A DNA stretch of 29,341 nt from Armatimonadota bacterium (GTDB lineage Bacteria; Armatimonadota; UBA5829; DTLH01): assembly GCA_039680575.1 (NCBI GenBank), contig JBDKSP010000001.1, forward strand, positions 1 to 29,341. The letters are read 5' to 3'. A program made the position numbers and the translations under genes. Of this stretch, positions 8,687 through 16,953 are shown one piece after another; within the stretch, counting starts at the first letter, position 1; each line of letters begins with the position of its first letter. The notes below the pieces were generated by a model. It had not been told where the DNA came from. It did no database searches and saw nothing but the letters and a program-made list of their open reading frames with translations.

Positions 8687-8842
8687 CTACTGAGTTTCAG
8701 GTGACGATGTAACAGTCTTACAGGTATATAACCAGTTCCTGATGTTGTATCTGTTGATTCTGCACTTATACCTGAAACTCTTCCGGAAGATTTTCGGCAA
8801 TGCTCGATGTACGATTGTAAGATAATAGCCGAAAATCTATGG
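8687..8842 (+). mobile_element. MITE-like element, long form
   Basis: GAGTTTCAGG (8692-8701) ... CCTGAAACTC (8771-8780), then TTCCGGAAGATTTTCGGC-insert-TAGCCGAAAATCTATGG. Confidence 0.8.
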
Positions 8843-8968
8843 ATATTCCGTAAGACGTAGTGGCCGGACGGAATATGTGCGCTGAGGTTGCTGCAGTCGA
8901 TCGATGAAAGTGGCAGCCTCAGCGTGTATCATCGAAGTATCTCCATACATTGAGGAGGCGAAAGGAAA

Positions 8969-11296
8969 ATGCGTAGAAATATCTACGGATCATCAGTGCT
9001 TAAACTGGCGCTGATAGTAACAGTGCTGGTCCTTGTCTTTTGCGCAGGACTGGCATCTTACGCGCAGTCAACAGTTTCAGGAACCATAACACGAGGCGGC
9101 GTTCCCTGTCCTGATGCTCGTGTAATTCTCACGGATACTGCAACAGGGTCATATGTAGCTGCCAGGACAAATGTTTTTGGCTGTTATAGTATCACAGGTG
9201 TTGCAACCGGTGACTATACCTTCACAGCCAATGCTTTAAGGGCGGTTCCTGTAGTAGACAAAGCCGTCAGCGTGAACGATACTCAAGTAACGGTGAGTGT
9301 AGACCTTACATTCGGCGACACACCTCTCTTTGACGACTTCTCAGGAACTGAACTGGATGTATGTAATCCATCTGATCCGACTGGCAACCAGAGCAGCAGG
9401 TGGGTCCTGTATAACGCTTTTGGCAGCCAGGAAGGAGTAGGAGCTTCAATAGAAAATGGTAGTCTGCGTATCGATGCGACTCAGAACATGGGCGGAGTCA
9501 TAAGCAGGAACCCATTCCCCAAATACGGCACATTCGAGTTCGTCTGGCCCAAGCGTTACGAAGGTACAGACCAGTGCTTTACTCTCATCAAGGATAAGTC
9601 GCCCTATGATAGTTACGTGAATAATTACACAAACTACTTCACAGTGCAGGACATTGGCAGTACAGTAGCTTCTCTAGCTTACGCGAAAGGTTATAACAAC
9701 AGCACTACAAGGGAATGGACTCGCAGTACCGCTTATGGGCTTTACTACCCGACCAAGGTTACGATCCTTAAGACCGGAAGCTACCTCGACTTCTTCTTCC
9801 TAAATAATATCTGCATGAAGTCCAGCGATTCCGCAATGGTCGCTGATGAGGTTTACGTTTACCTGTACGGAAATGAGGCATCAGGTGCAACGACGGTTGC
9901 TTTCTTCGACGATATATATGCTGGCGCCACGGTCCCTGTGACGGTAAGCAATGTCATAGAGGCCAGATCAGCGGCAACAGGCAATAAAGTCGCCATAGGT
10001 AAAGCGGTTGTAACTGCAAGCTTCGACGATGCCTTCTGGGTAGAGAGTCTGGACAGGTCTTCCGGTATCAAGGTTATCTCGACAGCCAAGCCAACCGTAG
10101 GCAAAGGTGTGATAATCAAGGGTACAGTCGTAAGGGAGAACAATGAAGTAGCTCTTCAGGCTGAAGATGTCGTCATCGGCGGCACTGTTACCACAACCCC
10201 ATTTGCTGTAGCGATAACGGGCAAGGCAGCAAACGAGTATAACAAAGCCGGAGCTACGGCACAGGGTATGATTGTCAAGGTAACAGGTAAAGTAACGGAA
10301 GTCGTTACCGACACCGAAAACATCAGTATCGAAGGTTATTATCTTGACGATGGAAGCGGTATCACAGCAGGAACTCACAAGGGGCTGTATGTGAAGATCG
10401 CCGACTTCATTACTCTTCCTGCCAGTGTGGTAAACCAAGGCGATTTCATCACAATAGAAGGACCGCTTACCGTAGCTGCAGTCGATAACGGCACATATCT
10501 TGTCCCGTCTATAGTAGCGGCAAGAGGTCTGGACTACGGTCCGGTTGGGTTCATAGCATATAACGACGTGGTGCAATCACCTAAATACCCTAGTTTTGGC
10601 GGGCCCAACATTACCCATTATAGTGCCTTGGGCAATGATAATGTTGCTGATGACTTCCCTGGCGGTCCGCTCAAGGACTATGCCACAGGTAATTACATCG
10701 GAGAGAGCGCAGTCGTCACAGCTTCTGGTACTGTGAGTGAGCTTCAGCAGGAAGATGGCGGAAACCCTGTTACCGGTGATGCCAAAACGTACTTCACGGA
10801 TGAATTGGGAAATTGGATAGTGGATTTCAGGGGATGCCTCTATACTCCTGAAGGAACGTATGAAAGTTGGTGGGTTGATGTGACCTTCTACGGGCTCGAC
10901 CCCAAGGCGCTGTATGAGTTCGTGGGTACAGTGGACAGAAATGAAAGCCGTAACCTGCCCGTCCTGTTCAGAATCAGCGATTTTGCAGCGTGCGACTATG
11001 CATGCTCAGACATTACACCCTCTTACTCTGCCTCCAAGGTGAGTGAGACTGGCATATACTACGGCAGCGGCATCCCCAGCTCGCATGATTCCGGTTATGT
11101 GGCAAGATGGATCAATATCAAGCCGCTCCCGAACGGCACATTCAAAGTAAGGTCGAATTGCGCTTCTGTTGCGCAGGGCGGATATGGCATCGGCGGTTTC
11201 CGTCTCAGGAAACAGGCCGGTCCGGAAGTACCGCCTACATATTCTACTGATCAATACTGGAGAGATGATTACGCTTATTGGCCGATATGGCAATAA
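8969..11296 (+). CDS. Secreted multidomain protein (carboxypeptidase-regulatory-like domain, beta-sandwich, OB-fold-like pair, unknown C-terminal domain)
   Basis: GAGGAGG RBS; signal peptide ending ASYA-Q; TVSGTITRGGVP...GCYSITGV.TGDY; DDFSGTELD...FFDDI; VTASFDDAFWVESLDRSSGIKV and GMIVKVTGKVT...YYLDDGSG segments. Function not assignable. Confidence 0.75.
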   Translation: MRRNIYGSSVLKLALIVTVLVLVFCAGLASYAQSTVSGTITRGGVPCPDARVILTDTATGSYVAARTNVFGCYSITGVATGDYTFTANALRAVPVVDKAVSVNDTQVTVSVDLTFGDTPLFDDFSGTELDVCNPSDPTGNQSSRWVLYNAFGSQEGVGASIENGSLRIDATQNMGGVISRNPFPKYGTFEFVWPKRYEGTDQCFTLIKDKSPYDSYVNNYTNYFTVQDIGSTVASLAYAKGYNNSTTREWTRSTAYGLYYPTKVTILKTGSYLDFFFLNNICMKSSDSAMVADEVYVYLYGNEASGATTVAFFDDIYAGATVPVTVSNVIEARSAATGNKVAIGKAVVTASFDDAFWVESLDRSSGIKVISTAKPTVGKGVIIKGTVVRENNEVALQAEDVVIGGTVTTTPFAVAITGKAANEYNKAGATAQGMIVKVTGKVTEVVTDTENISIEGYYLDDGSGITAGTHKGLYVKIADFITLPASVVNQGDFITIEGPLTVAAVDNGTYLVPSIVAARGLDYGPVGFIAYNDVVQSPKYPSFGGPNITHYSALGNDNVADDFPGGPLKDYATGNYIGESAVVTASGTVSELQQEDGGNPVTGDAKTYFTDELGNWIVDFRGCLYTPEGTYESWWVDVTFYGLDPKALYEFVGTVDRNESRNLPVLFRISDFAACDYACSDITPSYSASKVSETGIYYGSGIPSSHDSGYVARWINIKPLPNGTFKVRSNCASVAQGGYGIGGFRLRKQAGPEVPPTYSTDQYWRDDYAYWPIWQ

Positions 11297-11347
11297 CAGG
11301 CCTGTAGGCTGCCTTTAATGCCAATTGGTATTTGATTATACAATCAA

Positions 11348-11382
11348 CGGCCTGGGGGATCTTTCTCCCAGGCCGCTTTTTA
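11348..11382 (+). terminator. Rho-independent terminator
   Basis: CGGCCTGGGGG-atcttt-CTCCCAGGCCG followed by CTTTTTA, about 50 nt after the stop. Confidence 0.75.
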
Positions 11383-11466
11383 TGTATACGGTTATGTTGG
11401 GGTGTCTTGCGAAGGGAACAGAGGGTAATAGCTGTCAGCAATCAGTCATCAGCCGTCAGCAGGAGA

Positions 11467-11540
11467 AGATTGGTGGAAATCGTGCTTCTCCCCGTGGTCA
11501 AGTAGGTCCAAGGGGTGGATGAAAAGCGATCCCGAAGCAT
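11467..11540 (-). repeat. Internally deleted copy of the multi-hairpin repeat at 13980-14086
   Basis: AGATTGGTGGAAATCGTGCTTCTCCCCGTG...AGTAGGTCCA...TCCCGAAGCAT matches the reverse complement of 13980-14086. Confidence 0.8.
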
Positions 11541-11558
11541 GGAAATCAGGACAATCAG

Positions 11559-11596
11559 CCCCTTCTCCCCTTGCGGGAGAAGGTCGGGATGAGGGG
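11559..11596. repeat. REP-like palindrome (CCTTCTCCCCTTGCGGGAGAAGG...GATGAGGGG type)
   Basis: Hairpin CCTTCTCCC-cttgc-GGGAGAAGG between convergent genes. Confidence 0.6.
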
Positions 11597-11647
11597 TATG
11601 CCGTAATTCTGCACATACCCCCAAATCCAGATCCTTCCTTACAAAAA

Positions 11648-13132
11648 TCAGGATTTGCTCTTGCTGATCGTGAGAAACCGCTCGTAGGCTTTGTCCCAGC
11701 CGGTCCTATCCTGCGGAACGAACTCCTCCAGAATAAAAGAGTTCCTTACGATCCGCCGGGCGTCTTCAAGCGAGCTGATAAGCCCGACAGCCATCGCCTG
11801 CACCAGCACATTGCCCGCTGCTGTCGCTTCTATCGGGCCTACAACGACCTTCCTGCCGGTCGCGTCTGCAGCGAACTGGCAAAGCAGCTTGTTCTGGCAT
11901 CCGCCGCCTACTATGTGGATGGCATCTATCGACCTTCCGGTAAGCTCTTCGAGCGCTTCAATGGTCTGCCGGTAGGTCAGCGCAAGGCTTTCGAGCGCTG
12001 TACGGGCAATTTCGCCTTTTGTCTCCGGTACTTCCTGTCCGGTCGATGCGCAGAACCGGTGTATCCGCTCCGGCATATCTCCTGGGGCGAGGAACGACGG
12101 GTCTTTGGTATCGACGATACTCTTGAAAGGTTCAGCGGCTGATGCAAGTCGCGTAATTCCTTCGTAGGAAAGCTCCTCACCTTCTTTTGCCCAGGTCCGC
12201 CTCGATTCCTGTACCAGCCACAGCCCCATAATATTCGTAAGGAACCGGAAAGTCCCCTGCACGCCGCCTTCATTGGTAAAATTGTGCTTGCGGGCGTTTT
12301 CGTTGATTACCGGCTCGCTGGTCTCGACTCCCATAAGTGACCATGTGCCGGAACTTATGTAAGCACAGTTTTGCCCATCTATCGGCGCGGCGACAACAGC
12401 TGAAGCCGTATCATGTGAAGCAGTTGCTATCACGGGAACATCATTTGCGCCGGTTTCCTCAGCCACATCGGGGAGAATCGGGCCGAGCACTGTTCCGGGG
12501 GAGACTATCTCGGGCAGTATCCTGGTGGGAAGCCCAAGTTTCTTCATGAGCTCAAATGCCCACGTTTTCGCGCGGGGGTCGTAGCACTGGCTTGTGGAGA
12601 CATGAGTAAATTCAGCCGCTTTGACACCTGAAAACCAGTAGCTGAACAAATTGGGGATCGGGAGCATGACTTCAGCGAGCTCCAGTAGAGGAGATTTTTC
12701 GAGAGACATCGCATAGAGCTGATACAGAGTGTTGAATTGCATGAACTGCAAGCCTGTGGTCTCGAATATCTCCTCAGAGGATACATGCCTGAATACTTCC
12801 TCCATCATTCCGTTTGTACGGGAGTCGCGGTAATGGTAAGGATTGCCCAAAAGTACGTCCGTATTTCCGAGAAGACCATAATCCACTCCCCATGTATCTA
12901 TACCGATACCGGAAAGATCGATCCCTGACTTTACTGTCTGGGTCAGTGACTGCTTCATGTGATCGAACAGCCTGAGCACATCCCAGTAAAGGCTTCCGCA
13001 TATTCGTGACGGTCCGTTTGGGAACCTGTGCAATACATCAAGTTCAAGTTTATCGTCGCTGATGGAGCCGATTATTCCACGCCCGCTTTCAGCGCCGAGA
13101 TCAAGTGCGAGAAAATTTGCCCTGCTACCCAA
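11648..13132 (-). CDS. rhaB: Rhamnulokinase (FGGY carbohydrate kinase family)
   Basis: LALDLGAESGR, HRFPN, GIDTWGVDYGL, YRDSRT, FNTLYQL, SHDTASAV, ISSGTWSL, FTNEGG, GPIEATAAGN. TTG start with upstream GAAGGAG. Confidence 0.88.
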   Translation of the reverse strand: MGSRANFLALDLGAESGRGIIGSISDDKLELDVLHRFPNGPSRICGSLYWDVLRLFDHMKQSLTQTVKSGIDLSGIGIDTWGVDYGLLGNTDVLLGNPYHYRDSRTNGMMEEVFRHVSSEEIFETTGLQFMQFNTLYQLYAMSLEKSPLLELAEVMLPIPNLFSYWFSGVKAAEFTHVSTSQCYDPRAKTWAFELMKKLGLPTRILPEIVSPGTVLGPILPDVAEETGANDVPVIATASHDTASAVVAAPIDGQNCAYISSGTWSLMGVETSEPVINENARKHNFTNEGGVQGTFRFLTNIMGLWLVQESRRTWAKEGEELSYEGITRLASAAEPFKSIVDTKDPSFLAPGDMPERIHRFCASTGQEVPETKGEIARTALESLALTYRQTIEALEELTGRSIDAIHIVGGGCQNKLLCQFAADATGRKVVVGPIEATAAGNVLVQAMAVGLISSLEDARRIVRNSFILEEFVPQDRTGWDKAYERFLTISKSKS

Positions 13133-13334
13133 ATCATAACTCTCCTTCTATCTGGAATCATGCGACTGGTATCGCAATTATTGGGTATATTTTAATCAAC
13201 CACTTACAGAGTTAGGAAAATGATGCCAAGTATCCTGCCAAGTTCTCGACTAAACAGCAAAAAACTCTGCCAAAACGACGGAACCTAGCAGGCTGATACA
13301 TCGTAATTATATATAGGGGAACAAAACTCGAGTA

Positions 13335-13363
13335 TTGTTCTCCTGCAGCATATCCGATAATAT
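13335..13363 (+). promoter_or_regulatory. Putative sigma70 promoter driving the riboswitch-STAS transcript
   Basis: TTGTTC-N17-TAATAT puts the start site near 13370, at the aptamer 5' end. Confidence 0.5.
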
Positions 13364-13370
13364 TAATACG

Positions 13371-13482
13371 ATCGCTTAATCCCGTTTATCGGGAGCGGGG
13401 AGACCAATTTGAGGGGGCTAGTCCTCACGGTGGAGGAGGGATATCTTCCTATCCCAGCCCGTCAGCTAACTCCGCAGGCGAG
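13371..13482 (+). ncRNA. c-di-AMP riboswitch (ydaO/yuaA class)
   Basis: Hallmark blocks in the expected order: ATCGCTTAATCCC..GGGAGCGGGGAGACC..GGGGCTAGTC..GGGATA/TATCCC..AGCCCGTCAGCTAACTCCGCAGGCG; directly abuts the downstream RBS. Confidence 0.9.
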
Positions 13483-13503
13483 AAAGGAAGAAGGTTGCAG
13501 CGT

Positions 13504-13881
13504 ATGAAACAACTGGAGCCGTCGCCGAGCGTGCTTCATGTTAAAAACGTCGGTGAGGCAATAGTAATCTGCCCTGAAGGCGCATGTGACGATGAGTGCG
13601 CGGAAGCTCTCGAAAGTATAATAAGACAGATAGAGGGCAAACCACAAAAGAACATCATCCTTGATGCCAGCAAGATCAACTACATTGAAACCTCGGGATT
13701 CAGATGGATTATCAATCAGTTCCGTAAACTGCAGGAGATAGGAGGATCGCTCATAGTAGCCGGTCTGGCTGGTCCCGCTGAACGTGCGTTCAAGCTGCTT
13801 CAGCTCGATAAGTACATCCCTGCCGCAGCGACGGTGGAAGCAGCGCTCGTTCGCGTGGGAAAGAAGGAAAAAGCAGTTTAG
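13504..13881 (+). CDS. STAS domain protein (anti-sigma factor antagonist, SpoIIAA/RsbV-like)
   Basis: IILDASKINYIETSG...GGSLIVAGL...RAFKLLQLDKYIP..ATVEAAL. Start is ATG 13504 or TTG 13495. Confidence 0.88.
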   Translation: MKQLEPSPSVLHVKNVGEAIVICPEGACDDECAEALESIIRQIEGKPQKNIILDASKINYIETSGFRWIINQFRKLQEIGGSLIVAGLAGPAERAFKLLQLDKYIPAAATVEAALVRVGKKEKAV

Positions 13882-13916
13882 AAGCAAGTAGGGAACAGGT
13901 AACAGGAAACAAAGGG

Positions 13917-13980
13917 ACGTCACCCATAGATTCAGGGTCCAGAATTTCTATGGATGCTGAGTCAAGTTCAGCATGACGTA
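13917..13980 (+). repeat. Deleted copy of the composite REP-like repeat
   Basis: ACGTCACC-CATAGATTCAGGGTCCA...TGGATGCTGAGTCAAGTTCAGCATGACGTA closely matches 72-127. Confidence 0.85.
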
Positions 13981-14086
13981 TGCTTCGGGACCGCAGTTCG
14001 TCCTACCCAGTGGACCTACTGGGCCACAGAGGTAGTAACCGTGGACCCGTGGGTACACGGGGAGAAGCACGAATTTCCACCAATCT
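13980..14086 (+). repeat. Multi-branched palindromic repeat or candidate structured RNA
   Basis: Closing stem TGCTTC/GAAGCA with inner stems GGAC/GTCC, CCCAGT/ACTGGG, CCAC/GTGG and CCCGTG/CACGGG; second copy at 11467-11540. Confidence 0.65.
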
Positions 14087-14100
14087 CTGCGATTATCCAA

Positions 14101-14130
14101 GAGGCCGGGCTCTGTCCCGGCCTCCTTTAT
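14101..14130 (+). terminator. Possible terminator hairpin
   Basis: GAGGCCGGG-ctctgt-CCCGGCCTC followed by CTTTAT (weak U tract). Confidence 0.4.
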
Positions 14131-14175
14131 CGACATTCTTTATGGATCTGGGGATCCATGCTTCGGCATCCAAAT

Positions 14176-14205
14176 TTGACCTCTTTTTACTCACAGGTGT
14201 ATATT
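14176..14205 (+). promoter_or_regulatory. Putative promoter of the two-component operon
   Basis: TTGACC-N18-TATATT. Confidence 0.45.
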
Positions 14206-14257
14206 GACTATAAAGCATCTATGCCTTGTAGGGCGCGACCGATGCCGGGAGGGGACA

Positions 14258-14929
14258 TTGCCGGATAAAGCTCCTGAAAACCAGTCGATTTCAGTATTGA
14301 TAGCGGATGACCATGCCATATTAAGAGAAGGGCTTAAGGGACTGCTTGACGAATACGAAGATATCTCTGTAGTCGGTGAAGCTGTTACCGGTATGGATGC
14401 GATCCGCAAGACTCGAGAGCTCGGACCGGATGTACTGCTCCTTGATCTCATCATGCCTGAGCTTGGCGGCCTTCAAGCCCTTGAAGTCATTCGCAAGGAA
14501 GCACCTGCCACGAATACAATCATCCTGACAGGAGCGGACGACGACGATATGCTCGCTCATTCGATACGGTTGGGCGCCAGGGGTTACCTTCTCAAGGATA
14601 CCGCATCGTCCCAACTGGTGGAGGCTATTCGAGCAGTCGCTTCAGGCTCCTGCTGGCTGCCGCCGGGCCTCACCGAAAGGTTGTTTCATGGTATCGCAAA
14701 GCGCCCGGAGGAGGATGAATCGACAAAACTGGCTCTTCTGACAGCGCGCGAAATGGAAGTGTTTCAGTTACTTGGAGAAGCGCTCTCAAACTCAGCCATA
14801 GCGGAGAAGCTCTTCATCAGTGAGCATACAGTCAAGGTCCACGTAAGCAGAATCCTTGAGAAACTGAGCCTGGAGACCCGTGCGGAGGCAATCCGGTTTG
14901 CTATTCGCCACGGTCTTTCAAAAGCGTAA
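14258..14929 (+). CDS. NarL/LuxR family response regulator
   Basis: REC domain (IADDH, LLLDL, ILTG, YLLKD) plus LuxR HTH (LTAREMEV...IAEKLFISEHTVKVHVSRILEKL). TTG start after GGGAGGGG; exact start uncertain. Confidence 0.92.
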   Translation: MPDKAPENQSISVLIADDHAILREGLKGLLDEYEDISVVGEAVTGMDAIRKTRELGPDVLLLDLIMPELGGLQALEVIRKEAPATNTIILTGADDDDMLAHSIRLGARGYLLKDTASSQLVEAIRAVASGSCWLPPGLTERLFHGIAKRPEEDESTKLALLTAREMEVFQLLGEALSNSAIAEKLFISEHTVKVHVSRILEKLSLETRAEAIRFAIRHGLSKA

Positions 14930-14932
14930 CCT

Positions 14933-16615
14933 ATGCCAGCCGAAGCCCAGCAGTATACGCCGCGAAGAGAAGAATTAGCTATGGAGCGCACTCTTGCAGA
15001 TGTGCGCATCATCTTGTGGCTCGCCACTGCCGTGATCATGACGACCCTCTGGGTGCAGAACGGCAACTACCGCTTCTGGCTGCCGCTCGGCTTGTTCATA
15101 TTTTTAGTCTACAGCGCCGGTATGTGGCTGATAGTACACTATTTCCCCAATCCACGCTTACTCCATACGGCTATAATTGTCTCGAGTTTTATCGAGGTAC
15201 TGCTTATAACCTTTATCGTTTGGGCGACTTATGCCCCGATGACACCATATTACCTTTGGTACGTCTTTTATGTGGTAAGTATCGCGCTCAGATATGGGCT
15301 TCAGTTCTCTATCATCAGCTTGTCGGCGAGCGTTATTCTGTATACCATATCGGCGATGTCACCTGACAATTCGATTGTCAACGTACCGAACTTCCTCGGC
15401 TATACATGGTTCCTCTTTATCCTGGCGTTTTTATTCGGGCACATGTCAGAGCGGCAGCGCAGCTATCAAGTCCGGCTCACGGTTGTGAACGAGCTTGGGG
15501 TGGCATTGTCATCGCTCACTACCTCGAAAGGTATCATCAAACACCTTGTTTCAGAGACAGCTCGTCTCGTCGGTTCAAAAAAATGCTGGTTTATACCGTA
15601 TCAATCGACTGAAGGCGGAGATATTTCCAGCGCATCGGTTGGAATATCGAACGATGAAATCAGCACTCTGGTCGGCAGCCTGGGCGATTGGTCACCCGAT
15701 AAGGTGCTGGAGCGTGGGCGTATTCTTGTGAGCAACAACTGCCACAGGGACCATCTGTTACCGGCGGACGTGTACAAACTGATTCCGATGAAATCGCTTG
15801 CAGTTATTCCTCTTTATGTGCGAGAGTTACCGGTCGGTGTACTCTACGCAGCGGACCGGCAGACGCGTAGATTTTCCGGTTACGACATCGAACTACTGGA
15901 ACTTGTCGCTGCGCAGGCTGCGCCGATTATCGAGAACATCAAGCTTTGGGAGCAATTGAAGGAAACTGCGGCTTCCGAGGAACGGCTTCGAATAGCGCGC
16001 GACCTCCATGATGATTTTCTACAGACGTTGAGCGCTATAAAGCTCTATTTGGAGCGCTGCAGGTTGCTTATAGATAAAGACCCGGAAAAGGCCAAGTCAT
16101 CGGTGGACAGGCTAAACCAGATAACTACGCAGGGGCTGGCTGATGTTCGCTCGTACCTTTCGCAACTCCGCCTTATGGGACCGGAACCATCCAAGTTCAG
16201 CGAAGCTGCCGAAAAGGCTGCGGCAGAAGCGGCATCACGCGGCGGGTTCATAATCCATACGGATGTAGATGTGTCCGAGAGTGTCCTTACCCCGCAGTTG
16301 TCATTGACCGCGTTTCAGATACTGCGCGAGCTTTTGAACAATGTGGTAAAGCATGCGGAAGCTGAAAACGTATGGTTTAAGGTAATAAGTGACTTGAGCA
16401 TCCTCTCGATCGAAGTGAGAGATGACGGAACCGGTTTTGACTTGGATGAGGGTAAACGCGCCAGCGAGAAAGGTCATCTGGGGCTTGTGGGCATCGAAGA
16501 ACGCGTAAAGGAACACAACGGAGAGATATGCATGGAAAGCAAGCCAGGTGATGGCACAAGAATGAGAGTCTTTCTGACTATCCCGCCGGATGAACAGGCA
16601 ACGGATTCCGAGTAA
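14933..16615 (+). CDS. Membrane sensor histidine kinase with GAF domain (HisKA_3 type)
   Basis: About 6 N-terminal TM segments, GAF (SLAVIPL...VGVLY), ERLRIARDLHD, ELLNNVVKHA, DDGTGF, HLGLVGIEER. Confidence 0.92.
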   Translation: MPAEAQQYTPRREELAMERTLADVRIILWLATAVIMTTLWVQNGNYRFWLPLGLFIFLVYSAGMWLIVHYFPNPRLLHTAIIVSSFIEVLLITFIVWATYAPMTPYYLWYVFYVVSIALRYGLQFSIISLSASVILYTISAMSPDNSIVNVPNFLGYTWFLFILAFLFGHMSERQRSYQVRLTVVNELGVALSSLTTSKGIIKHLVSETARLVGSKKCWFIPYQSTEGGDISSASVGISNDEISTLVGSLGDWSPDKVLERGRILVSNNCHRDHLLPADVYKLIPMKSLAVIPLYVRELPVGVLYAADRQTRRFSGYDIELLELVAAQAAPIIENIKLWEQLKETAASEERLRIARDLHDDFLQTLSAIKLYLERCRLLIDKDPEKAKSSVDRLNQITTQGLADVRSYLSQLRLMGPEPSKFSEAAEKAAAEAASRGGFIIHTDVDVSESVLTPQLSLTAFQILRELLNNVVKHAEAENVWFKVISDLSILSIEVRDDGTGFDLDEGKRASEKGHLGLVGIEERVKEHNGEICMESKPGDGTRMRVFLTIPPDEQATDSE

Positions 16616-16953
16616 AGAGATATTTGAAAATTGATCGGCACCTGCTTTACACCATCCCAGCTGCGGGGATAGCCGGTATTAAGCACCGCAGGTTGGAGCG
16701 CTTGTCTGTATAACGCTCCAAGGCAAATCTTCGAGTAATGGATCTGAGTATTTTTGTTTTCAGACAGCCTGCCGATCTCACTATAATTGTACCCCGTGGC
16801 ATCTCCACTTGCAATCGGCCTTGAGATGTATTTTGGATTATCGAAAAGTGTTATGCGCATGTAATACTAAAGTATTACATCTCAAGAGATATTTGTTGTT
16901 CTGACGCACTGTGTATTGTCCGAGGCGGCAAGGAACGACAGATGAACGGTGAA

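Noticed and set aside
8186..8842. Repeats as a CRISPR array
   Set aside because: Copies are dispersed and divergent, with no regular repeat-spacer period and no cas genes.
13980..14086. tRNA, tRNA-Sec or tmRNA 3' end because of CCACCA
   Set aside because: No TTCRA T-loop at the right distance and no acceptor stem partner.
13954..14268. ORFs 13954-14268 and 13980-14207
   Set aside because: They are built from repeat and promoter sequence.
16474..16860. Minus-strand ORF with a GYNYSEIGR HTH-like segment as a transposase relic
   Set aside because: Resemblance is too short, it overlaps the kinase antisense, and it cannot be supported without a search.
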